This document shows positions 9,055-16,781 of a stretch of DNA of 32,000 bases, piece after piece. Position 1 is the stretch's first letter; each line of letters begins with the position of its first letter. The translations under genes and the position numbers were made by a program. The notes under the pieces were generated by a model. That model searched no databases, was not told the DNA's origin, and saw nothing but the letters and a program-made list of their open reading frames with translations. This DNA is from Geobacter sulfurreducens PCA (GTDB lineage Bacteria > Desulfobacterota > Desulfuromonadia > Geobacterales > Geobacteraceae). The DNA is taken from assembly GCF_000007985.2 (NCBI RefSeq), contig NC_002939.5, positions 90,001 to 122,000 of the forward strand. Direction: 5' to 3'.

Positions 9055-9984
9055 TTATTTTATGAACGATTGATTGTCGTCTTCCCGGTACTCCGCCAAC
9101 GGACCCTTTTCCTTTGCCTGGAAGCCCGCCTCGTGGCCGTAGAGTTCCTTCAGTTCCTTGGCCATCTTGCGATTGAGGAGGTTGAGCGGGATGTCCATGG
9201 GGCACGCCCGTTCGCACTCGGCACAGCCGGCGCAGCGGCCGGCCAGGTGCATGGCCCGGACCATGTGCCAGGCCATGTTTCCCGCCGGACGCGGCGTGGT
9301 CTCCACCGCCTGGGGGCGGTTGCGGTCGCAGAGGCATTGCTCGCAGTAGCAGAAGGGGCAGACCTGGCGGCAGGCGTAGCAGCGGATGCAGCGGGAGAAA
9401 TGCTCCTTCCAGAACGCCCACCGCTCGGCCGGTGTCATGGCTTCGAGCCGGGCCAGTTCAGCCGCCTCATGGGGGGTGAAGGCGGGCCGCCGGGGGACGG
9501 TCCCCAGGGATACATCGGCCCCTTCGGGGAGTTCTGCAGCGCACTCCCGGCACTTGCGGGCCAGGGTGCCGTCGTCCAGGGGAGCGTTGCCGCGGATCGC
9601 CGGACCGTAGACCCCGGCACAGGCCACGCCGATGATGTAGACGTCGTCGCGCTTGAGCTGGTTCTCGCCCATGAGGCCGGCCAGGGCCTTCATGTCGCAC
9701 CCTTTCGCCACCACGGCCAGCTTGCCTTTTTCCCGGACTTCCTTCTTGGCCTTGGTCAGGTAAAGGGCCAGATTGTTGACGCAGGAGGGGGAAAAAATGA
9801 GCTTTTCAGCGTCGGCGGGATCGGTGACGATGGCCGGAACGGCGCTCCCCCTGCGGCGCCCCGCCTGCCAGCCGATCACGGCGGCAGCCGTGCCCGATTC
9901 CAGGACCTTTTTCGCTTCCGCCCGCAGGGCGTCGGTGACGGCGTCATAGAGCGCCGTGTCGATAGTATGTGCGGTATTCGTCAT
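9055..9984 (-). CDS. 4Fe-4S cluster protein (FlxC-like)
   Basis: Clusters CIRCYACRQVCPFCYCEQC and CAGCAECERACP. I prefer ATG 9984 (AAGGG 6 nt upstream) to the TTG at 9999 used by the ORF track. Confidence 0.75.
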   Translation of the reverse strand: MTNTAHTIDTALYDAVTDALRAEAKKVLESGTAAAVIGWQAGRRRGSAVPAIVTDPADAEKLIFSPSCVNNLALYLTKAKKEVREKGKLAVVAKGCDMKALAGLMGENQLKRDDVYIIGVACAGVYGPAIRGNAPLDDGTLARKCRECAAELPEGADVSLGTVPRRPAFTPHEAAELARLEAMTPAERWAFWKEHFSRCIRCYACRQVCPFCYCEQCLCDRNRPQAVETTPRPAGNMAWHMVRAMHLAGRCAGCAECERACPMDIPLNLLNRKMAKELKELYGHEAGFQAKEKGPLAEYREDDNQSFIK

Positions 9985-10017
9985 GATGAACCCTTGCAAG
10001 CTCCGTGGGAGCCGGCT

Positions 10018-10518
10018 TCAGATGTCGTTGTACGCGGCATTGAGCTCGGGCGTGTCGATGGCCCCGGACCAGTGTTCCTCGGCTTCCAGTTCCTTGAATT
10101 CGGGCATGGGCCCCTGGGCGCGAACCCGTTCGGTCAGCTCGGTCACCACCTCAACCCACTTCCCCCCCTCGGCGGCCGAAACCCAGGAGAACTGGAGCCG
10201 CTGGAGATCGACTCCGATGAAGTCCAGGAGTTGGCGAAAAACAGCGAAGCGGCGCCGCGCGTGGAAGTTGCCGGCCATGTAGTGGCAGTCGCCCGGGTGG
10301 CAACCCGATACCAGGATGCCGTCTGCACCTTTCTGGAAGGCCCTGAGGATGAAGACTGGATCGATCCGGCCGGTGCAGGGGAACTTGACCACCCGGACGT
10401 TGGCGGGATAATGCATCCGCGAGGTCCCGGCCAGGTCGGCGCCGGCATAGGTGCACCAGGTGCAGACAAAGGCAACGATCTTGGGTTCGAAAGCGTGTTT
10501 CTCTTTGTGTATGTGCAT
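10018..10518 (-). CDS. mvhD: MvhD/FlxD-type (methyl-viologen-reducing hydrogenase delta subunit-like) protein
   Basis: FVCTWCTYAGADLAG...KFPCTGRIDP...ILVSGCHPGDCHY is the MvhD/FlpD signature. Its ATG overlaps the hdrA TAA by 1 nt (TAATG). Confidence 0.9.
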   Translation of the reverse strand: MHIHKEKHAFEPKIVAFVCTWCTYAGADLAGTSRMHYPANVRVVKFPCTGRIDPVFILRAFQKGADGILVSGCHPGDCHYMAGNFHARRRFAVFRQLLDFIGVDLQRLQFSWVSAAEGGKWVEVVTELTERVRAQGPMPEFKELEAEEHWSGAIDTPELNAAYNDI

Positions 10519-12515
10519 TAGAGCACCTCGATCATGGCCATGATCTGCTCGTCGGTGTAGCCATCCAGCTCCACGCTTTTTGAAGGGCAGGTGGCCTGGC
10601 AGGTGCCGCAGCCGCCGCAGACCCCCGGGTTCACGTAAGCCACGACCCGGATCAGATTCCCCTGGCGGTCGCGGATCTCCTTCTCCTCCACGGCACCGTA
10701 GGGGCAGATCTTCTTGCAGTAGAGGCAGGCAACGCAGCGCCGCTCGTCCACCTTGGCCACGATGGGCTCACGCTCCAGCTCGTCGCGGGCGAAGAGGGTC
10801 ATGACCTTTGCCGCTGCAGCCGACGCCTGGCTGACGGTGTCGGGGATGTCCTTGGGCCCCTGGCAGGCCCCGGCCAGATAGACCCCGGCGGTGGCGCACT
10901 CCACGGGCTTGAGCTTGGCGTGGGCCTCGGAGTAGAAGTTGTAGTTGTCATAGGAGATGCCGAGCTTCTGGGCGAGGGAGTCGGCCCCCTCCCGCGCCTG
11001 CACGGCGGTGGCGAGCACCACCAGGTCCGCCTCGATCTCCACCTGGACACCCACATGGACGTCGCTCCCCATGACCACCACCTTGTCCCCCTTCTGGTAG
11101 AGGCGGGAGACCATTCCCCTGATGTAGACCGCCTCCTCTTCCTCGATGGCCCGGCGCCAGAACTCGTCGTAGTTCTTACCCGGCGTCCGCGCGTCCATGA
11201 AGAAGACATAGGCCTGGCCGTCGTGCACCTTGTGCTTGTAGAGCATGGTGTGCTTTGCCGTGTACATGCAGCAGATCTTGGAACAGTAGGAGATCCCCTT
11301 TTCGCGGGCCCGTGAGCCGACGCACTGGACAAAGACCACCTGTTTCGGCTCCTTCCCGTCGGAGGGGCGGACGATCTTGCCCCCCGTGGGGCCCGAGGCG
11401 GAGGCAAGCCGCTCGAAGGTGAGCCCGTCGATCACGTCGGGGATGGTGCCGTAGCCGAACTCGCCGTACCCCTCGATGGGGGAGCCGGCCGGCTTGGGGC
11501 CGATGTCGTAGAGCGAAAAGCCGGTGGCAACCACGATGGCTCCGGCCGGCTCGACGATGAGCTGGTCCTGCTGTTCGTAGTCCACGGCCCGGGGGCCGCA
11601 GACCTTGGCGCAGACGCCACATTTGCCAGACTTGAAATAGGTGCAGTTTTCCCGGTCGATGACCGGCGTGTTGGGCACAGCCTGGGGGAAGGGGACGTAG
11701 ATGGCGGGGCGCATCCCCAGGTTCTTGTCGAAACTGTTCGGGATCTTCTTCTGGGGACACTTGGCCATGCAGACCCCGCAGCCGGTGCATTTTGACTCGT
11801 CCACGGAGCGGGCCTTCTTCCGGATGGTCACCTGGAAATTGCCGATGTAGCCGTCAACGCTCTCGATTTCGCTGTAGGTGTGGAGGGTTATGTTGGGGTG
11901 GTTGGCCACATCCACCATCTTGGGGGTCATGATGCACTGGGAACAGTCCAGGGTGGGAAAGGTCTCGGAGAGCTGGGCCATGTGCCCGCCGATGGAGGGC
12001 TCCCGCTCCACGAGCACCACCTTGTGGCCCGCGTCGGCTATATCCAGGGCCGCCTGGATGCCGGCGATGCCGCCGCCGATGACCAGGGCCCGCTTGGTGA
12101 CCGGTACGGTGATCGGCACGAGCCGCCGGTCCTTTTTGACGCGGGCCACCATCATCTCCACAATGGAGATGGCCTTGGCGGTTGCCTCGTCCCGGTCCTC
12201 GTGAACCCAGGAACAGTGTTCGCGGATGTTGGCCATCTCGCAGAGGAAGGGGTTCAGGCCGGCCGCCTTGGCCGCGGTGCGAAAGGTCTTTTCATGCATC
12301 CGGGGAGAGCAGGCCGCCACCACGACACCGTCGAGCCGGTGCTCGGCCACCGCCTTCTTCAATAGGCCCTGCCCCGGATCGGAGCACATATACTTGTAGT
12401 CGGTGGCAAAAGCGACGCCGGGAACCTTGGCCAGTTCCCCGGCCACGCGCTCCACGTCAACGGTACGGGAGATGTTTTCGCCGCAATGGCAGACAAATAC
12501 GCCGATTCGGGACAT
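10518..12515 (-). CDS. hdrA: HdrA-like FAD- and FeS-containing heterodisulfide reductase subunit A
   Basis: N-terminal VCHCGENI and the FAD dinucleotide fold ALVIGGGIAGIQAALDIA. Ferredoxin-type motifs CTGCGVCMAKCP, CGVCAKVCGP, CVACLYCKKICP and CGGCGTCQATCP. DCSQC is present with Cys, so there is no in-frame TGA. Confidence 0.92.
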   Translation of the reverse strand: MSRIGVFVCHCGENISRTVDVERVAGELAKVPGVAFATDYKYMCSDPGQGLLKKAVAEHRLDGVVVAACSPRMHEKTFRTAAKAAGLNPFLCEMANIREHCSWVHEDRDEATAKAISIVEMMVARVKKDRRLVPITVPVTKRALVIGGGIAGIQAALDIADAGHKVVLVEREPSIGGHMAQLSETFPTLDCSQCIMTPKMVDVANHPNITLHTYSEIESVDGYIGNFQVTIRKKARSVDESKCTGCGVCMAKCPQKKIPNSFDKNLGMRPAIYVPFPQAVPNTPVIDRENCTYFKSGKCGVCAKVCGPRAVDYEQQDQLIVEPAGAIVVATGFSLYDIGPKPAGSPIEGYGEFGYGTIPDVIDGLTFERLASASGPTGGKIVRPSDGKEPKQVVFVQCVGSRAREKGISYCSKICCMYTAKHTMLYKHKVHDGQAYVFFMDARTPGKNYDEFWRRAIEEEEAVYIRGMVSRLYQKGDKVVVMGSDVHVGVQVEIEADLVVLATAVQAREGADSLAQKLGISYDNYNFYSEAHAKLKPVECATAGVYLAGACQGPKDIPDTVSQASAAAAKVMTLFARDELEREPIVAKVDERRCVACLYCKKICPYGAVEEKEIRDRQGNLIRVVAYVNPGVCGGCGTCQATCPSKSVELDGYTDEQIMAMIEVL

Positions 12516-13406
12516 CTAGACCAACCCTTTCTCTTTCAGAAGCGGCAGGGGATTGACGATCATGCTGTCGAACCCGAGCTTCGCCGGCGCAACCCCTACC
12601 GCCAGGGCCAGGAGCTGGGTCATGTAGAAGACCGGCATGCCGAACCACTGGCCGCTGGCCTCCTCAATCTCCTTCTGGCGAATGTCCAGATTGCCGTGGC
12701 ACAGGGGGCAGGCCACCAGGATGCAGTTGGCGCCGGCTGCTTTGGCCGAGGCAAGGATATCGCCGGAGAGCTTCAGTACCACGCCGGGACGCGAAAGGGT
12801 GAAGTTTGCGCCGCAGCACTCCATCCGGTGGCTCCAGGTAACTGTTTCGGCCCCGGCTGCGCCGATGACCCGCTCCATGATGGTCGGCGCCTCGCAGTCG
12901 TCCAGTTCCGGCACCTCGGGCGGCCGGGTCAGCAGGCAGCCGTAGTAGCAGGCAACCTTGAGCCCCTCCAGCGGCTTCCTCACGGCTGCCGTCAGCCGGT
13001 CGAGGCCGAAGTCCTTGGCCAGGATTTCCAGAAGATGCTTCACCTTGTTGTCGAAGGAAACCTTCCCGTCGATGGCGTACTCCACCTGCCGGCGCTTTTC
13101 TTCATTGTCCGCCAGTCGGTGCTGGGTCACCTTCAGGCGCGAAAAGCAGGCGGCACAGGCCACGGCCAGGTCGCCGCCGACCTCCTCGGCCAAGGACAGG
13201 TTTTTGGCGCAGAGGGAGAGGGAGAGGAGCTCGTCCACGTTGTGGGCCGGGGTCGCACCGCAGCAGAGCCAGTCGGGAACCTCGTGGAGTCCGATCTTCA
13301 GCGCCCGGAACAGCCCCCGGGTCGACTCGTCGTACTCTTTTGCCGAAGCGTGGAGGGAGCAGCCGGGATAGTAGGAATAGTTCAGCAGGTTCTTTGCGGG
13401 GGTCAC
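12516..13406 (-). CDS. hdrB: HdrB-like subunit (two CCG domains)
   Basis: CCG motifs DWLCCGATPAH and MECCGANF. The GTG start overlaps the hdrC stop (GTGA). The stop directly abuts the hdrA ATG (TAGATG). Confidence 0.9.
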   Translation of the reverse strand: MTPAKNLLNYSYYPGCSLHASAKEYDESTRGLFRALKIGLHEVPDWLCCGATPAHNVDELLSLSLCAKNLSLAEEVGGDLAVACAACFSRLKVTQHRLADNEEKRRQVEYAIDGKVSFDNKVKHLLEILAKDFGLDRLTAAVRKPLEGLKVACYYGCLLTRPPEVPELDDCEAPTIMERVIGAAGAETVTWSHRMECCGANFTLSRPGVVLKLSGDILASAKAAGANCILVACPLCHGNLDIRQKEIEEASGQWFGMPVFYMTQLLALAVGVAPAKLGFDSMIVNPLPLLKEKGLV

Positions 13407-13987
13407 GGGGCTTCACCTTTTTTACGCAGCGCTTCGATTCGGGCGAAGATGTTCTCGATCTCTGCGATGTTGCGGTTTTTCTGGTGGAACATCCGGAGCT
13501 TTCCCTTGGTGATCAGCTTCGGCCCAAGCATCAGGTCTTTGAGGAACTGGCCGCTTTTCACGTTGAAGACCGCGGCAAGCCGCATCTCGTACTGACGGCC
13601 GTAGGTGCGGATGTTTTCGATGAACAGCCGGTTCGCCAGCTGTACCAGGCTTTCCTTGGACGGGCCCTTGGCATCCCACGAGCACTTGCGCAGGGCGTCC
13701 ATTATGGCGGCCAGATCCACCTTGTTGGGGCAACGGGTGGTGCAGGTCTCGCAGGAGGCACAGTACCAGATGCTGCGTCCAGCCAGCACGCGTTCGTACT
13801 GACCCAGCTGCAGGAATCGGACGATCCGGTTGGGGGGGTGCTCCATGAACGAGCGCATGGGGCAGCCGGCCGAACACTTGCCACACTGGAAACAGCGGCG
13901 GACCGAACTGCCGGAGAGAGCTTCGACCTTGCGCACGAAACCGAGATTCATGGTTTCGGTCGAGAGGCGCATCTTGGAGTGCTTCAC
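13403..13987 (-). CDS. hdrC: HdrC-like 4Fe-4S ferredoxin subunit
   Basis: CFQCGKCSAGCP and CASCETCTTRCP. GTG start behind AGGAGG. First gene of the operon. Confidence 0.88.
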   Translation of the reverse strand: MKHSKMRLSTETMNLGFVRKVEALSGSSVRRCFQCGKCSAGCPMRSFMEHPPNRIVRFLQLGQYERVLAGRSIWYCASCETCTTRCPNKVDLAAIMDALRKCSWDAKGPSKESLVQLANRLFIENIRTYGRQYEMRLAAVFNVKSGQFLKDLMLGPKLITKGKLRMFHQKNRNIAEIENIFARIEALRKKGEAP

Positions 13988-14166
13988 ACTACCTCCTGGT
14001 GGCGGGTGGGGCCGCAGGAAAACAGCGGCGGTGAACGGACCAAGATCTGGGGGCGGGAGGATGAGGTGTCTTCCGCGGATGCGGCAGGATGATGCCCCGG
14101 CGGATCTTGCCGGATGGTAGCAGGGCCAACAGCTGTTTTATTTTTACTAAACAGGTGTCGCGGCCA

Positions 14167-14346
14167 TCAGTGTATTGACGGACGGGAACAGGGGCGTTTT
14201 TTAGTCTTAATAAATTGTGCTATCACACGAAAGGTCGCCTTGTCAACGCCAAAGTAAAACGGTGTGTGGTAGCGATGTGATCTGCCAAAAGCTCGTATGT
14301 GATCAAAGCGTTGAATAAGTGGTAAGACCACTTTTGTGTTTACCAT
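14167..14346 (-). CDS. Orphan small basic ORF (59 aa) in an AT-rich spacer
   Basis: ATG at 14346 lies 4 nt after a perfect AAGGAG, better than the ORF-track start at 14379. Basic sequence MVNTKVVLPLIQRFDHIRAFGRSHRYHTPFYFGVDKATF.... No confident family assignment. Confidence 0.3.
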   Translation of the reverse strand: MVNTKVVLPLIQRFDHIRAFGRSHRYHTPFYFGVDKATFRVIAQFIKTKKRPCSRPSIH

Positions 14347-14578
14347 GTAACTCCTTGGTACGTCAAGGTAAAATACCACTTGTAAATGCCCGTGAAGACT
14401 GGTGAAGGAGATGCGATAATTGGCAATTGCTACGAATTTTAGTCATTCAAAGCTGTTATTGCTGGTCAGACCAAGATAGCTGTTCACCGTGTGCTGGCCT
14501 CGCTGGGTGTATGGTAACAAAAAAGAAACAGCTTGTGGAAGCCTCTTTTGACAAGGTGGGCGAAATGGATTACAAGGG

Positions 14579-16411
14579 GTGGTAATCCTGTTGGTTCCGA
14601 GGTTTCTCATCAGCGAGCTTTCCCGATTATACGGTTACATGCGTCCCTGTTGGCGCACGTATCTTCTTGGCGCCCTCTGCCTGGTCGGCACGAACGGATG
14701 CGCACTCCTGATTCCGTGGCTCCTGAAGCTTGCCGTGGAAGGGCTGCGGTCTCCCGGTCAGGCGACCCGCTCACCGGATTGGTATGGCGGGGTCATTATC
14801 GGCGCGGCACTTGTGCAAGGGGTCATTCGCATTTTCTCGCGCACCAAGCTTCTGCACGCCGCGCGCAGGATTGAGTTCGCAATCCGCGAGGACCTTTTCG
14901 CCAAGCTTCTCTCCCTCGACATGCCCTATTTTTCCGGGGAGCGGACCGGCGACCTCATGTCGCGCTTCGCCAACGACCTGACCAATATCCGGATGCTCCT
15001 GGGCTTCGGGGTGCTGAACGTCATCAATACGGTCGTCATTTATGGGGCGGCGCTGGTGCTCATGGCGAACATTGACGTGACGCTCACCGTTCTGGCTGTT
15101 GCGCCGTTCCCTCTTATGATCCTGGTGGTCAAGGGGCTCACGCGAAGGATGTATCACTGCTCGCGGCGGGCGCAGGAGGAGTTGGCGAAGCTTTCCAGTC
15201 AGGCTGAGGAAAATGTCTCTGCAGCCGTAGTGGTGAGGGCCTACCGTCGCGAGGCGGCGGCGGTGAATGCCTTTCGCCGGGCAAGTCTCGACTACTTTGC
15301 CAGCAATATGGCGATGGCGCGCCTGAGGGGGCTCATGCTCCCTCTCATGGCGGCCACGTCGGCCCTAGGCACCCTGGTGGTTCTTTTTGTGGGCGGAAGC
15401 CGCGTCATCGAGGGGATTCTCACCCTGGGTGATTTCGTCGCTTTTAGTGGCTACCTGGCCATGCTCGTCTGGCCTACGGTCATCTTTGGCTGGATACTCA
15501 ACCTGATCCAGCGGGGAGGCGCCTCCATGGCCCGCCTGAATGAGATCTTCGACGCCCGGTCGCTGGTGGCGGACCCGGAGGCACCGGCGCCGATCGCCGC
15601 CATCCGGGGGGAGATCGAGCTGCGGGGCCTCCGCTTCAGCTACAACGGCGGAGAGGTGTTGCGAGGCGTATCGCTCCGGGTGCAGGCGGGCAAACGGGTC
15701 GGCATTGTGGGGGGGGTCGGATCGGGCAAGACGACCCTCGTACGCCTGCTTGCGCGACTCTATCCCGTTGGTGATGGGCAGCTTTTCATTGATGGAACCG
15801 ATATCAACCAGATTCCCCTGGAGGTGCTTCGACGCGGTGTCGGCTTTGTGCCCCAAGAGAGTTTCCTCTTTTCCCGGACGATCGGCGAGAACATTGCCTG
15901 CGGCAGGGACGGGGCCACGGAGCACGAGGTGATGGAGGCGGCGCGGCTGGCGAGCCTGGATGGCGATCTGGCCCGTTTTCCCCGGGGGCTTGCCACTGTC
16001 GTCGGCGAACGGGGGGTCACCTTGTCGGGGGGGCAGCGGCAGCGGGTGGCCATCGCCCGCGCGTTGTTGCGCAACCCTTCCGTCTTGGTGCTTGACGATC
16101 CGCTTTCTGCGGTGGATGCCCGGACCGAGGAGGAAATCCTCCGGTCATTGGCCGGGTATTACGGTGATCGGACCGTGGTCATCATCTCCCATCGACTCTC
16201 AGCCGTTCGTACCTGTGATGTCATTGTGCTGCTCAAAGACGGTGTCATTGCCGAGCAGGGAAGCCATGATGAACTTGTTGCCCGGGGTGGAGCCTACGCG
16301 GCCCTCTGGCACGAGCAGCAGTTGCGCGACGAGATCGCCGGTTTCCGGGAAGATGGCGTGGAAAAGGAAGGGGAAAAAGGGGCTTTACAAACGGAAAATG
16401 CTGTATTATAG
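14579..16411 (+). CDS. ABC exporter half-transporter (TMD-NBD fusion), non-canonical Walker B (DD instead of DE)
   Basis: Six-helix TMD followed by an NBD. Motifs: Walker A GGVGSGKTT, Q-loop VPQE, signature LSGGQRQR, Walker B VLVLDDPLSAVD (Asp replaces the catalytic Glu), H-loop ISHRL. The start is uncertain: GTG 14579, TTG 14591 or ATG 14639. Confidence 0.9.
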   Translation: MVILLVPRFLISELSRLYGYMRPCWRTYLLGALCLVGTNGCALLIPWLLKLAVEGLRSPGQATRSPDWYGGVIIGAALVQGVIRIFSRTKLLHAARRIEFAIREDLFAKLLSLDMPYFSGERTGDLMSRFANDLTNIRMLLGFGVLNVINTVVIYGAALVLMANIDVTLTVLAVAPFPLMILVVKGLTRRMYHCSRRAQEELAKLSSQAEENVSAAVVVRAYRREAAAVNAFRRASLDYFASNMAMARLRGLMLPLMAATSALGTLVVLFVGGSRVIEGILTLGDFVAFSGYLAMLVWPTVIFGWILNLIQRGGASMARLNEIFDARSLVADPEAPAPIAAIRGEIELRGLRFSYNGGEVLRGVSLRVQAGKRVGIVGGVGSGKTTLVRLLARLYPVGDGQLFIDGTDINQIPLEVLRRGVGFVPQESFLFSRTIGENIACGRDGATEHEVMEAARLASLDGDLARFPRGLATVVGERGVTLSGGQRQRVAIARALLRNPSVLVLDDPLSAVDARTEEEILRSLAGYYGDRTVVIISHRLSAVRTCDVIVLLKDGVIAEQGSHDELVARGGAYAALWHEQQLRDEIAGFREDGVEKEGEKGALQTENAVL

Positions 16412-16422
16412 TCCATCGTTCC

Positions 16423-16510
16423 GGAGAGATGTCCGAGTGGCCGAAGGAGCACGATTGGAAATCGTGTGTACTGCAAGGTACCGAGGGTTCGAATCCCTCT
16501 CTCTCCGCCA
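16423..16510 (+). tRNA. tRNA-Ser (anticodon GGA)
   Basis: Folded by hand. Acceptor stem GGAGAGA/TCTCTCC. Anticodon stem CACGA/TCGTG with loop TTGGAAA (GGA at 16457-16459). Long variable arm GTAC-TGCAAG-GTAC. T arm GAGGG-TTCGAAT-CCCTC. Encoded CCA end. Confidence 0.93.
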
Positions 16511-16585
16511 TAAGCAATCCATGCCCCTTGGGCTAGCCTTCATATCCGCGCTGTCCGGGCGCTCCGATCCGGTGGCCGGAACCCC

Positions 16586-16717
16586 TTTGCGGGCAGAGCT
16601 GATAGCTGGGTCCCGCGCAACGGTAGGTTATGAACCCCGCCAGATCCGGAAGGAAGCAACGGTAGTAGCTGATTCCGTGTGCCGCGGGGGAGCCCAGCTA
16701 TCAGTTGTGCCCGCAAA
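16586..16717 (+). ncRNA. ffs: Signal recognition particle RNA (4.5S-type)
   Basis: Contains the conserved domain IV core CAGAUCCGGAAGGAAGCAACGG (GGAA tetraloop at 16648-16651) and the opposing GUGUGCCGCGGGGGA strand. Both closely parallel E. coli 4.5S (GGUCCGGAAGGAAGCAGCC and GUGUGCCGGGA). A long closing helix pairs TTTGCGGGCA..CTGATAGCTGGG with CCCAGCTATCAG..TGCCCGCAAA. It lies immediately upstream of dnaX, as in Bacillus. Ends are approximate (+/-10 nt). Confidence 0.82.
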
Positions 16718-16781
16718 ATCCCCGATGTGCCCCTCTCCCTTCGCAAGCGCACGAACCGAACCCGTAGTGAGGTGTTGACCC

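Noticed and set aside
8809-10521. 570-aa plus-strand ORF antisense to the flxC-like and mvhD genes. The same class includes 12486-13595(+), 3575-4672(-), 1924-2982(-), 4657-5511(-), 5528-6490(-), 19699-20661(-), 23577-24434(-), 26715-27698(-) and 29331-30440(-).
   Set aside because: All are mirror frames of well-supported genes. They have Arg/Gly/Pro/Ala-rich, motif-free translations and no SD-supported starts. I treat them as high-GC artefacts.
10518-12515. Selenocysteine recoding in HdrA or MvhD, considered because selB is nearby
   Set aside because: Both ORFs are full length with Cys at the positions in question and no in-frame TGA.
14133-14154. CTGT...ACAG inverted repeat as a LexA/SOS box
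   Set aside because: The spacing is wrong for the E. coli-type CTGT-N8-ACAG box. The sequence does not match the GGTT...ACC-type box I recall for Geobacter LexA.
14167-14346. Possible HicA-like toxin identity for the 59-aa ORF (GRSHRYHTP resembles the HicA GSHxxxxHP region; similar length)
   Set aside because: The resemblance is short and recalled from memory. The central beta-strand region of HicA appears to be missing. No hicB-like antitoxin gene follows it.
14547-14575. sigma70-like TTGACA-17 nt-TACAAG just before the first ABC gene
   Set aside because: It is a good -35 and spacing match. However, it would place the TSS at or inside the predicted N-terminus (GTG 14579 or TTG 14591), which contains the ABC-typical LSRLYGYMRPCW segment. 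I cannot reconcile promoter and start without data, so it is not listed as a feature.
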